Notes under the pieces: generated by a model
Database searches by the model: none
Told to the model about the DNA's origin: nothing
The model's input: the letters and a program-made list of their open reading frames with translations, nothing else
Assembly (NCBI RefSeq): GCF_006345805.1
Contig: NC_043004.1
Coordinates: forward strand, 10,726,001 to 10,790,000
Origin: Octopus sinensis
Taxonomy: Eukaryota
DNA length: 64,000 bases
Direction: 5' to 3'
In this document: positions 38,273-51,100 of the stretch, in pieces
Layout of the letters: each line of letters opens with the position of its first letter
How positions within the stretch are numbered: position 1 is the stretch's first letter
Made by a program: the position numbers and the translations under genes

Positions 38273-38599
38273 TATATATACGACAAATTGGTTAAAACTT
38301 TTAATCGCATTTTAGATGGGAAACTTGAAATTTTAAATAAATATGGGGTAATATCTGTTCTTGAGCTTAGCAAATACTTGTAACGATCTGGAATGTCTAC
38401 TTTTCGAGTTATTTGCTTCCTAAGTCACCAATATTGTTTGAGACAATTGAGAAAGAAGTTATTACGCACTACGTCATAAAGAGTTAAAATAGTCAATTTA
38501 AATTCTTGGTGACGGAAGCGTGTGTCTGATAAAACATGTAAGTGTTACTACTTCTAGTTTTATTATCTTTTAAACAGTTTTAATTAGCTTAAAACATAG

Positions 38600-39400
38600 C
38601 AAGGTTTTATAAGAATAGTTAATTACAAGTACTTTTATTAGTTCCTATTTAATAAAATCTTATTTTTCTATTAGTTACTGGTAATTTAACATTATAGTTT
38701 GTAGTGGTAATATACTATGAGTATGTAGTGTTTTATTATTAACTTTTGAATGATGAAATAATGTATTTCAGTCAATTATTATATGATTAGTTAAATTAAA
38801 TTCAATCGTGTTTATTTTGTTTTCGAGAGATTTATATAAAGCTTTAACTTTATTATTATTGGAGTAACTATGGAAGGCTAGCGGGATTATTATTTTTATG
38901 GACTTAAAGATTGGTCGCGATTTAGCATATAATTTAGTATTTGCAGGTTTACTATAAATGCCGATACGATGTACATTCTTTTATGTGTTTCTTTGTAGTA
39001 GTCTTATTTAATCCTTATTTAATCCTATAGTTTGATTGATTGAATGTATGCTGTTATTTAGCTTTCACTTTTATATTATAATATGGAAGACGGTAGGGAA
39101 TATAATTTTGTATACTTAATGCATTTCTCGCTCTTTAGTTACGTATTTTGGAGTTGGTTGTAATTTACATATTGAATTTATTTACGGATACGGTTGTACA
39201 TAGGGTAAATGTGTTAGAAAGTTGTGATTTCTTTGGTATGTTTGTTCCAAAACAACACGTATTTTAGTGCTGTTGACACCGCCGGATTGAATGATACTGC
39301 ACAGGTTTCGAACCCATAATGATATCCGTGGGGCAGCTATGATGGAGGTATGTTGGATTATTGGTATGGCTGTCTTCGTATATGTGGAATAGTATTATAA
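38600..39400 (-). pseudogene. Decayed PLE reverse-transcriptase remnant (tentative)
   Basis: Minus-strand peptides in expected order: IIMGSK (motif B GxxMGS), QYVNY (YVDD position), IYSKPANT (IYRKPTNT). Confidence 0.4.
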
Positions 39401-39411
39401 CACATCTTTTT

Positions 39412-39464
<53 letters not shown>

Positions 39465-39641
39465 TTGAATATATACATAAATACACATACATATGCATAT
39501 ATACATATTTACACATATACACACATATATACATACAAATACATACATACATAGACATATACATACACATGCATATACACACACACACATATGTATGTGT
39601 GTTTATATATATATATGTATTTATGTATATATATGTGTGTA

Positions 39642-39697
<56 letters not shown>

Positions 39698-40218
39698 GAA
39701 ACTAAGCAACAAAATATCAAGAGGTAATGCAGTACGACCGTTTCGAGCGGCTGCATCACCTCTTGATCTCCTTTGCTTATTTTGATATTTATTTACCTTA
39801 CGTTGAGTTGTACGGATAATACCGCACTAACTTGGTGCTTCAACTTAAGTACCTAATTCAACTGAATCTCAATTATTTCTTTAAATATTTATATATATTT
39901 TCACACTCACATATATCACTATATATAGGAAAAAATAAAAAGAAAAAGAAATATTTCAAGATAGTTAAATAAGCCATCGTATGTCACTATATAAACCATA
40001 TAGTTTACAAATATATATGAACATAAGTTATATTACATATTTATAGAGAAAAAAGCCCATTAATAAATAATTAAAAATGATATTAAAAAATTTAAAAAAA
40101 AATTTATTCTATATAATGACTATCTTTTCTCTGAGTTATATTCTCTGTATAAATATTAGTACTAAAAATATATTGATAATATATTGCTGTCAACCATATA
40201 AATAACTTTCAGTACTTA

Positions 40219-40285
40219 TTAATACTTAGACAAAAAAAGCTTACAGGCTAAAACTTTATCAAAATATGTGTTCAAAAGTAATTAC
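40219..40285 (-). pseudogene. Second, diverged copy of the PLE ORF C-terminus
   Basis: [20 protein letters not shown] parallels LLLNKHSEKILACTHKSKYLFAKYK* at 41340-41259. Confidence 0.65.
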
Positions 40286-40323
40286 AGAAATAGAAATTAT
40301 ACATATATCTATATCTATATATA

Positions 40324-40446
<123 letters not shown>

Positions 40447-40640
40447 ATATGTATATATATGTATGTATGTATACATATATATGCACACACTTACACACGT
40501 ATGCAAACCCACGTATATATATGTAAACCTAATAAATCTAATTACATATTTATAGCAAATAATGTCATTGATTAAATGATTTAAAATAATTTATTCATAT
40601 AATGACTATCCTCATCTGAGTCATATCATCAGTGTTAATA

Positions 40641-41153
40641 TCTATATATATAAAACTGTAGTTGTGTGAGTGTCTGTCCCCTTCGATTTAGATTCCTAAC
40701 TACTCCAACATTTTGCGGTGCAGTTTAACCAAATTCGGGTATCTTATAGTCGTGATTCATATCGAGCCCGTCTGAGTATTAGCGCGCGTCTACGATGAGT
40801 CTACGATTTTTAAAATGATTTAACATAATTTTTTATTCCATTTTAATGCATAATTTTTCGTGTGTCGATGGCGGCGGAGTTGGCGTCCATGGTCACATCT
40901 GCACCTGTTTGCTTCTCCCCCTTCTTCCCTCCCTCGTGAAGCTGTGGGGAAGGGAGTGTAAGGAAATCAACGTCGTAAAGCGTTGTCAAGGAGACCAGCG
41001 TTCTTTTAGAACAACAACTTCATGGCTTGAAGACACCAAAACAGAAATGGCTAAGAAAGCCCGAATTGGCATCTATAAGGGAAGTAACTCTCTAAAAATG
41101 CTTATATAGTTATTTCCCTTACAAACCCGAGCAACGCCGGGCGATACTGCTAG
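40641..41153 (+). mobile_element. Non-autonomous Helitron
   Basis: A|TCtatatatataaaactgtag ... cccgagcaacgccgggcgatactgCTAG|T. Same termini as 22835-23238. Confidence 0.92.
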
Positions 41154-41258
41154 TTATTTATAAAGATATATTAATGATATATTAATACAAATTGATATAA
41201 ATAAATGACAAAATCAGTCAGATTTATTATCTATCAATACCAATGAAATAACTGAAAT

Positions 41259-41873
41259 CTACTTATATTTAGCAAAAAGATATTTACTTTTATGGGTACA
41301 GGCTAAAATCTTTTCAGAATGTTTGTTCAAAAGTAATTTACGGGAAATAAATATTTGATATAATTCTTCAGGACATAACTCATATCTTTTGTCTGCGATA
41401 TTATAAGATTTCGCATCGCTAATAATATTCCAATCCAATTTAAATCTATTTTCTTATTTTTAAGCCACGCCTCCATATGAATTTACCCAGACCAGTTAAG
41501 TTAATCTTTTTCCTAACCCTAAAGCTGTTTGAGTGGTTAAAGTAGTTAGATTTAAACTTATATGTCGATCCAATGTACATATACATATTAAGTGCATCAA
41601 TCTCACATTTATATACAATATTATCTTCATCACATGGATGTTTAAATTGGCATCTACCAATACAATTACAGAATGTATTATGAAAATAATCTTTATTTTT
41701 CGGAAAATATTTTTTGGTTAAGCAATGACCAATCCTGATATTATTAGTATTAATTATTTGTCTATATTTATTATTCATGTTGAAATGCTTATCAGTTAAT
41801 TTATATATTTGTCTAATTAATCTTGTCTTCATATTCATAGCATAATGGGTTATGTACCAAATATCATTAGGTT
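41259..41873 (-). pseudogene. Penelope-type GIY-YIG endonuclease C-terminal remnant
   Basis: CQFKHPCDEDNIVYKCEI...YIGSTYKFKSNYFNHSNSF...NLTGLGKFIW, then (frameshift) LDWNIISDAKSYN...LC.EE...LLNKHSE...C.HK.K*. Confidence 0.85.
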
Positions 41874-41906
<33 letters not shown>

Positions 41907-41941
41907 TAATAATAATAATAATAATAATAAATAATAATGAT

Positions 41942-42006
<65 letters not shown>

Positions 42007-42044
42007 TAATAATAATAATGATAATAATAATAATAATGATAGTT

Positions 42045-42492
42045 TGTAAGTCCTGGTGTTTTTGTTATGTATTTGTCTGAATATTTTTTTATCATGCCTA
42101 ATGCACCTACTATGATAGGAATTGTTTCTGTTTTTAGATTCCACATTCTGGTTACCTCTATTTCCAGGTCGTTGTATTTTGAGAGTTTCTCCATTTCTTT
42201 TAGAGACACGTTGTCATCTGCCGGTATTGATACATCAATTAGAAAGCATTTTTTTCTTCATGATCTCTGACAACTATATCTGGTCTGTTGGCCTTAATTT
42301 CTCTATCTGTGTGTATCGGCATATCCCAGAGTATGGTTGCTTTCTCGTTTTCTGTGACCTTTTCTGGTGTGTGCCTATACCATCTTTTTTCTTTTGTCAT
42401 TCCATAATGTTGGCATAGCTTCCAATGTATGTAAGTTCCAACTCTGTCATGTCTGTGAATATATTCCTTCTTAGCCAGGACTGGGCAGCTAG
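42045..42492 (-). pseudogene. R4/Dong-like LINE RLE fragment (family A)
   Basis: SSCPVLAKKEYIHRHDRVG...ILWDMPIHTDREIKANRPDIVV...EKLSKYNDLEIEVTRMW...IPIIVGALG. Confidence 0.88.
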
Positions 42493-42506
42493 AGATATTA
42501 TTATTA

Positions 42507-42571
<65 letters not shown>

Positions 42572-42574
42572 GCC

Positions 42575-45015
42575 ATTATTATTCCTTCGTAAAAACAGTG
42601 TAGGTAAAAATGCACCGGAGCCTTTAGTCATCTGTCAAGTCACAACAAGGACCTCACACAGATAATACTTTCCTTAAGATGTGCGCTGGGCCCAATAAGG
42701 CTGCTTTTTGCAAGACATCAATCTTGCATGAGATTTCCAGTTGCCTTAAGCATCTTGAAGTTTCAATGGGATTGAGCCCAACACTCCGATCACCACTGGT
42801 ATCATTTTTACTTTGCCTTCTCTCATTCCATATAATCTTGCCATTTTCACTTTCAGTTCAGAGTACTTAGTGATTTTCTCAACCTCTTTACATCCAACAT
42901 TCATGTCATTTGGTATGACTACATCAATGATCTGACAGCATTTGTCTCTCTTATTCAGTATGACAATATCCGACCGACGGTGTTCGATTACACGATCCGT
43001 CTGAAAAGCATAATCCCAGAGTATCGTTACTTTTCCATCCTCCTGCATATCTTTAGTCGGTACATGCTCATACCATTTCCCTGTTACTTCATATTGGTAT
43101 TTACGGCATAATACCTAACGGAGATACACACATACTTTATCGTGGCGGCGTTTGTATTCTTTTTCTGCAAGGCTCTCACATCCACTTACCAAGTGGGTCA
43201 TATTTTCCACACTCTTTCCACAGAGTCTGCATTTCTAGGTTTCAGAATTTTTATAGATGTTATACTTCCCTGAATTGGTAGCGAGAGCCAGATTTTGTGC
43301 AGCAATGATCAGGCTTTCGGTGCTACGCTTCAAATTACCTCGCTCACGCCATGCCCACGATGCTGTATTATCCTTAACGTTTTGTATATTCCTTTCAAAC
43401 TGTCAATGTATTCTTATTTCAAGAAGGTCTTCTTTTCACTTCTCCTCAGCTCTTTGGTTAAACTTTGCCTTGCCCATCATTTCATCTGTATTTACACCCA
43501 TATCTTTCACGGCATATTGCAGCAGGCCTTCATCATTATTTATCAAATATTCGGCAAGCGTTATCTTTTTACTCCTTATACAATGGTCTATACTAATTAG
43601 TCCTTTGCCACCATTCTTTATTTTCATATACAGTCTGTTTACGTTTGCTTTGGGTTGTAGGGCCCCAAACAGCGTCATCAGCTTTCTCGTCCTTCTATCA
43701 TGTTTTGATATTTCCTCAGTCTATTTGAGGATGGACGCACTATATCTGACCAACGCAACTGCTCAGATATTCATTGCGGTAATCAAATTTTTAGGTTGGA
43801 TTTCAGCTCCATCTTCATCATTTTTTGATACGCCTCGCTGACCTCGACTTTTATTTCTCTGTGTAGAATGTCATCCAGCTCCAAAATCCCTAAACATCTA
43901 TACCTACCACCGTCTGGTTCTCTCCTGATGGTACCGCAATCCTATGCAGGCCGCTTTCTTTCCTCTTTTCATATTACGTACTGAGCATTTGGTGATCCCA
44001 AATTCCATGCCGATGTCTCTACCACACTTCTGTACTGTCCAATTTAAGGAATCTAACTGTTTTTCAGATTTTCCAAACAGTTTCAGGTCATCCATAAATA
44101 CAATATAGTTCGATGATGGGACGTTCTTCCTACATCGGTAACCCATCTCAACTTTCCTAAGTTCTTTGTTATGAGTATTAGTGCAATTAAAAATAGTAAC
44201 GGAGAAAACGAATCACGTTGGAAGATACCCCTTTTAATAGTAACTTCTCCAAGGAATACGTTACTTGAGTACAATTTGGCTTTCCACTCTTTCATGCTAT
44301 GCATCTGAAAATTTAAGATGTCGTCAGCAACACCAAACATCTGCAGGCATTCAACAATCCAAGAATGCCTGCATCATACCATATGCCTTCTTAAAATCAA
44401 TCAAAGCCATAGACATTTTTGTACGATTTTTTTTACAATGCCTCAAAACTGTATTATCGATGACCAGGTGATACTTGGCACCCTGAGAACTCTTCCTACA
44501 TCTTTTTCGTTTTCATAGTAGTACTTCTTCCTGTGCCAGGAAAGTGTATGTCTTTGCTGCACATATTCCAGTATCTTCCAGATTATGTTTAGGCATGCTA
44601 TGAGACGGTAGTTTCTCACGATATTCCCCTTTCTTCTATCTCCATTACAAGTGCTGTCCTCCCAGTCACCATCCACACGGGGACTGTACCTTAGTGGACA
44701 CATTCATTCAATTGTGCTGCTAGTCTTTCATGCATCGCATGGCATCTCTTCAGCCGCGACTTCATTCCAGCTTTGCTCTTTCATGACATTCGATAAGTGT
44801 ATCGTACGCTTCCATCGCCCACTTATGTCTGTATTTGCGCACACCGTGTATATGATCTGTTGTGACGTAACATCCGTCCAAGGACAGATCACTGCCCCCG
44901 ATGCGGGCGACTTCGGACGGGCCGGGCGGGAAACTTTCACCATGATCGGCTACAGCTTCATTCTCGCTATTAATTCTTTCCTTGTTGTGTTGCATTATGA
45001 TATCATGAGTCATTC
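42575..45015 (-). pseudogene. R4/Dong-like non-LTR retrotransposon (RT, CCHC, RLE), frameshifted, 3' end in (AAT)n
   Basis: NYRLIACLNIIWK, RGIFQRDSFSPLLF, FMDDLKLF, CRLCGKSVENMTHLVSGC, ILWDYAFQTDRVIEHRRSDIV, KITKYSEL, IPVVIGVLG in correct order. Confidence 0.9.
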
Positions 45016-45204
45016 GTGGGTTCCAACGAAAGTTGTTATCGAAATCCGATCCCTCTCTTTCTCACTTTATTTGTATATACACGTGCACATGTATGTACAT
45101 ATACATATATATATGTAAATGTTTTGTGTCGCCTCCATAACCACCCAGTGATTATCATTACCACCATCTTTCTACCTATAGCATTTAAAATTATCAATAA
45201 TAAT

Positions 45205-45500
45205 ATGGGTCCCAGTATATTGCAGCAGATCTTCGTCACTATATACTCGGCAAACGTCCTCCTTTCACTCCTTATACAATGTTCTATACTAATCAGTCCA
45301 CTATCATCTAACTCTTTCTTTTCATGTAAGTCTGTTTACGTTTGCAGTTAACATTTAATACTATATTTCCGTTCCCTGCATAAATGGTAATCCAGGGGTC
45401 ATTCTCAACAAATTTTTAGTTCCTTTACTGGTCATTTCAAGTGCTCCCATAATCACTGGTTTTGTAACCGTCTTGAAAGTAGGAGAATGAGAAGCAGCTT
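45205..45500 (-). pseudogene. Two joined out-of-order R4-like fragments
   Basis: KPVIMGALEM...PGLPFMQ (RLE end) followed by ANVNRLYMK...GLISIEHCIRS, which also occurs near 43560-43650. Confidence 0.65.
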
Positions 45501-45826
45501 GGTGAATATACCAAATTCTACGGGTCTGTAAATACATTCGGCAGATGGTAAAGAGATCAGCAGTGGGCATTCCAGTGCGATGAGGAGACAAAAGGAGCCT
45601 CACACCCTTGAGGTCAGCAGAAGTCAAATGTGTTTACTACTACCAACGATCAATGAGAGCACTGAACTTGGTCTTGAAAACAACCAGTTCACCTTGTTCT
45701 ATTTTTAATTATTGATAGAATATATACACACACAAATACACACACACACACACACACACACATATTGATAGAAATGGCAAGACAACAAAAGAATGAAAGA
45801 GACCTCGATATTATGTAAATAGAGGA

Positions 45827-46013
45827 ATTTTTCTGTAAATATAGTATGTTACAATTATTCGGTATTAACTCGGAGTTTTACCATGGTTACCGAATAATTG
45901 TCACATATTATATTTATAAACACATAATATAATATGTGACAATTATTCGGTAACCATGGAAAAACTCCGAGTTAATACCGAATAATTGTAACATACTACA
46001 TTTACAGAAAAAT
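45827..46013. repeat. Near-perfect fold-back (~86-bp arms, 13-nt loop) with nested internal palindromes
   Basis: atttttctgtaaat.tagtatgttacaattattcggtattaactcggagtttt.ccatggttaccgaataattgtcacatattata and its reverse complement. Confidence 0.95.
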
Positions 46014-46036
46014 ATATATATATGTGTGTGTGTGTA

Positions 46037-46336
46037 GAGGCGCAAGGGCCCAGTGGTTAGGGCAGCGGACTCGCGGTCGTAGGATCGCGGTTTCGATTCC
46101 CAGACCGGGCGTTGTGAGTGTTTATTGAGCGAAAACACCTAAAAGCTCCACGAGGCTCCGGCAGGCGGTGGTGATCCCTGCTGTACTCTTTCACCACTCT
46201 TTCTCCCACTCTTTCTTCTGTTGGCCTGCTCGCTTAGCCAGCGCGGTGGCGTCATTCGAAGGCCAAAACAATGCGAACGCATTGTGACCAGCGATGTGTA
46301 ACTACATCTGATGGAATGGTCGGTCACGTGATCACG
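46037..46336 (+). mobile_element. SINE family 3 variant b
   Basis: gaggcgcaagggcccagtggttagggcagcggactcgcgg...gtttcgattcccagaccggg, body ends gtcggtcacgtgatcacg. Confidence 0.88.
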
Positions 46337-46359
46337 TAATATATAACATATTATATATG

Positions 46360-46397
<38 letters not shown>

Positions 46398-46443
46398 GAT
46401 GTTCACATCGTTGAATTTTTTAATCTAATCTTCCAAACGCATA

Positions 46444-46672
46444 CCTATTTCTTTACTACCCACAAGGGGCTAAACACAGAGGGGACAAACAAGGACAGAC
46501 AAACGGATTAAGTCGATTATATCGACCCCAGTGCGTAACTGGTACTTATTTAATCGAACCGGAATGGATGAAAGGCGAAGTCGACCTTGGCGGAATTTGA
46601 ACTCAGAACGTAGCGGCAGACGAAATACTGTTAAGCATTTCGCCCGGCGTGCTAACGTTTCTGCCAGCTCGC
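46444..46672 (-). mobile_element. SINE family 2
   Basis: Reverse complement of 38040-38272 type. Confidence 0.88.
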
Positions 46673-46729
46673 AGCTTTTCTTCCAAACACATACCATCAT
46701 AAACATGAAACGACAACCCAAGCCAATGA

Positions 46730-47140
46730 AAAGTTTCAAGTACACTCGGCAACTACATTGAAACCGCCAAGAAAAAATGCGTAAGACCTAACTGTGGTAT
46801 ATGCAGCAACCTAATTGACGGCTTGGAGTTCTCCTTCAAACAAGGTCAACGTTTTACAATAAAAAACAATTTCACATGTGCTTTGGAAAACCTAATATAT
46901 GTATTAACTTGGTCAGAGTGTCGAGAACAATACATAGGCCAAACCAAATGCAGTCTACGCCAAATGATGACCCTACTTAGATCCCAGATTATAATTCGGA
47001 AATACAGAAAAATAGCATTTAGCGAACACATCGACATTTGCGCCACTAACGAACAACCCAACTTCAGAATTATCCCCTCATTGAAATCAGGGACGATATT
47101 ATCGCAAAATATAAACCCCTTTTGAATGCGTCCACCATAA
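46730..47140 (+). pseudogene. PLE (Neptune-type) Cys-rich linker + GIY-YIG endonuclease remnant
   Basis: Open frame KKCVRPNCGIC...FTIKNNFTCALENLIYVLTWSECREQYIGQTKCSLRQ...SEHIDIC, then frameshifted IIAKYKPLLN. Confidence 0.85.
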
Positions 47141-47536
47141 ATGACACTACTGCAAGGGCCTTAGAATAATACCCATGCAAATATTTAAAACGATATATTC
47201 AGAACAGTCACTACCCATGAATTTATTCAGAACAATTCCAATCACAACTTCTACAACCACAATAGCTCACTTGTAGGTCACTTGGACATTTAAAAAGACT
47301 CTAACAGCCTACTACTGTCAGACTACCCTGTCTTCTTCTTCTTCTTTTCCTCTTCTTCTTCTTCTTCTTCTTCTTCTTCTTCTTTTTTTTTCTTCTTCTT
47401 CTTCTTCTTCTTCTTCTTCTTCTTCTTCGCCATCGCCTTCCTCGGCTACTGCTACTTAAACAATCAAAATCTAGAATCTACATCTTCAGATCTGCTACTA
47501 CCGACTGCCATACATTCACAAAAGTAAAATAGAGAG

Positions 47537-47585
<49 letters not shown>

Positions 47586-47807
47586 CAAAAAAGGAAAATG
47601 TCCCACGAATTTGAAAACTATGGAAATATTTTTAAAAAATCGTATAATTTTTCCACAATTTAATTTTTTTTCATGTTGAAAAAGTCGAAAAACTGAAACC
47701 GGCACTAAAGTGTTCTTCATGATAAAGTTACTTAACATTTTCTACCAAGTCCTATTCTTATCATACATATCAACTCTTTGTTGCTTTTCAACTTTTTACA
47801 TATATAC

Positions 47808-47850
<43 letters not shown>

Positions 47851-47880
47851 TATACATATATACATATAATATATAATATA

Positions 47881-47911
<31 letters not shown>

Positions 47912-48057
47912 ATTTTATATATATATATATTATATATACATATATATATTATATATATATATATATAATATTATTAGAGACAAAACCACTATTTTGCAAA
48001 ACAAACAAGGAAAGACTTAATCAATACATAAAATTTTAATAAAAAGTCAAAAAAAAC

Positions 48058-48104
48058 CGCCACTACAATTGTTTCTTGTCCTAATCGACAATCTTCAGGT
48101 GGAC
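48058..48104 (-). ncRNA. Minimal type I hammerhead ribozyme
   Basis: CCAC-CUGAAGA-UUGUC-gauuag-GACAA-GAAA-C-aauu-GUA-GUGG. ACAAUUGU is a perfect palindrome. Predicted cleavage after 48064. Confidence 0.85.
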
Positions 48105-51100
48105 TTCCAATCTAAAATATCAATATTTTAAAATATAAAAATAATAATTTTAAAATAATTAAAGTATTAATGAAAAAATATAAATATAAATCTATATATA
48201 ACCTATATATAATCCATATATAATCAATATATAAACAATATAAACTAAAATAAACCTTTCAACAATTAAATATAAATATAAAACAAAACAAAAAAAAATA
48301 AACTATATATACACCCATACACATATAACTAATTATATATAACCATATCTAAATACATACACTAAATCACACACCTATATATATATACCTATACATACAC
48401 ATAAAAACGTCTAGGCAACGATAAATAAATAAAATAGCCAAATACTTAACACATACTTATTCATACTCCCTCACACACACATACAACCCACATTCCCGCT
48501 CTAGAAACGGACATCATTTAAAATTATGAATGGAGAAATGGAATAATGGAATTAAACATTATATTCACTTGGTAAAACGAACATTACTTAAAAATTATGA
48601 ATGAAAACATGCAATAAAACAACAGACATCGCAAATAGACACAAATTACTACGAATTCCTTATAAAACTACCATGACAAACAAAACTCATAAAAAACATA
48701 TAATGATAAAATCTCCCTTTACTAAACTCTATAACATACCTATATAGCAATCCCCCTAACCTAAACATTCACACAAATATACACACACGTAAACCACACA
48801 CCCACGACATATACAAATACCCACCTCACTCACACATACCTATACATACATATAAACCTCAACATTTATTTTATTATGTATTTTTATTATGCATTTGTTA
48901 TATGTATATTGGAGGATATATTTATATGGATGATGGGTGTTATTTAGTGGTGTATATATTGAGTTTTGTATGTATGTGTGAATGTTTACGATCCCTTTGT
49001 TTTTTATTTGGTATGTTGAATTGACAGATTTTATTTGGGTATTGTCTGTTATAATAAAGTACACACACCCATAACAAATACAAGTGCCTACCTCATTCAC
49101 ACGTACCTGGAATTGCATGTGAGCCTCAACATATACACCAAATGACCACTCGCGCCCCACACGGACAAATAAACACATACATCCCCAAAAGTGGGCGCAA
49201 TCCCACTCACACCAATCACACATGTATACAATTACACACACAAGAACAATACATAACTAACCCAAATATATAGAACATACCACAAATCACCAACAAACCA
49301 CCATCACAAATGAAACCCACACCCATACAATGACAAAACTCCCCCTCCATACCCAATTACACCCACATAGCAATCCCCATATATTCATCCATACACAGGC
49401 GCGCATACGCGAAACACACACACACAACATATACGTACAACCCCCCAAACACACTCATATACATGCGTATCAAGCTCGACATCCGCAGCAATACGCTCAT
49501 ACCCACTCACACCCAGATGGGCAAACTGCACAACCAAGAAACGCACACACACACGTGTGCGTTTTTTAATTGTGCAATTCACCCATCCGCATGAATGCGG
49601 GCGCGAACATACCGTTGCACATATCGAGCCCAACAAGCATGCACATGTACATGTGAGGGGGTACACGCACATGCCGTGCGCGTATACCCCCCGCACTTAT
49701 ACCCGTGCGCGAATATACACATGGAGACTACCACACAGGTACAAACGTGCATAGCAAAGGGAGCCCCATCACTACACTCAATGCATACTCTCACCCATCC
49801 GCACGGATGTGGTAGCGAATCACCGGTGCATATATTGAGGCTCATACGTAGAACTATGGAGGCGAACGTCATTGAAATTGTGAATGGAATGGGTGGAGTT
49901 GGGAATTGTAACCGGTTGGTAGGCTAGCGTTGCTTAGGATTGGGAGTGGAATAATGTGGTAGAATGTCAGACATCGGGAATAGACGTGGATTGCTACAAA
50001 TTGTTTGTTGGGACTGCCAAGATAGACTAAAACTCATAAATACATATAATAATTTATCATGGTAGTTTTATTAAAGAATCCATTCATAATTTTTTTAAGT
50101 AGTGTTGGTTTGCCGCGTGAATATAGTTTTTAATTGCATTTTTCTATTTCTCCATTCATAATTTTATATGACGTTTGCTTCCATGGCGCGTATTCTTTTT
50201 ATACATAAGTTATGTTCCTATGGTAACGTAATTTTGGTTTGATTTTTTTAACGGCTTAGAATTTAATTTCACTTCATAATTTGAAACTGACTTGAAAGTA
50301 TGTATATTATTTCTCCTTATGTCATATTGTTATTTTTGATATTCATAATTTTTGAGTGGTGTTCGTTTTACCACGTGAATATTATTTGTTCCATTTCTCC
50401 ATTCATAATTTTAAAAGATGTTTGTTTCCAGAGCGGGAATACTTTTATATATGTTAGGTTCCTTGGTAACGTAATTTGTTTGGTGTATATGTTGAGGCTT
50501 ATATGTACTTGTGGGGTGTGTGAGTGGGGTGGGTGTTGTATTGTTATGGGTGTGTGGTTTACGTGTGTATTTGTGTGTGAATGTATAGGTTAAAGGGATT
50601 GCTATATAAGTATGTTATAGGGTTTAGTAAAGGGAGGTTTATCATTTATGTTTTTATGAGTTTTAATTTATCATGGTAGTTTTATTAAGGAATCCATTCA
50701 TATTTTTTTAAATAATGTTAGTTTACCGCGTGAATATAGTTTTTAATTCCATTTATTCTATTCTCCATTCATAATTTAAGTGACGTTTGCTTCCATAGCG
50801 CGTATTCTTTTTATACATAAGTTATGTTCCTATGGTAACGTAATTTTGGTTTGATGTTTTTTAACGGCTTAGAATTTAATTTCACTCATAATTTGAAACT
50901 GTCTTGAAAGTATGTATATTATTTCTCCTTATGTCATATTGTTATTTTTGATATTCTGGTTACTTACGATGTATTTATATATCGTATTATGTGTGTAATA
51001 ATGTTGTTTTTCTTTGGAGTGTTTATGTATGTGGGATTGTGTGTGAGTGTGTGCGTATTTGGTTGTGTAATTTATTTATCTGTATGAGTGGGGTGTGTTA

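Noticed and set aside
43257-43841. 194-aa plus-strand ORF
   Set aside because: It is antisense to the R4/Dong-like coding remnant.
46037-46110. tRNA genes at A/B-box sequences (also 23423, 30100, 38040, 54017)
   Set aside because: No full cloverleaf, and each continues into a repeated SINE body.
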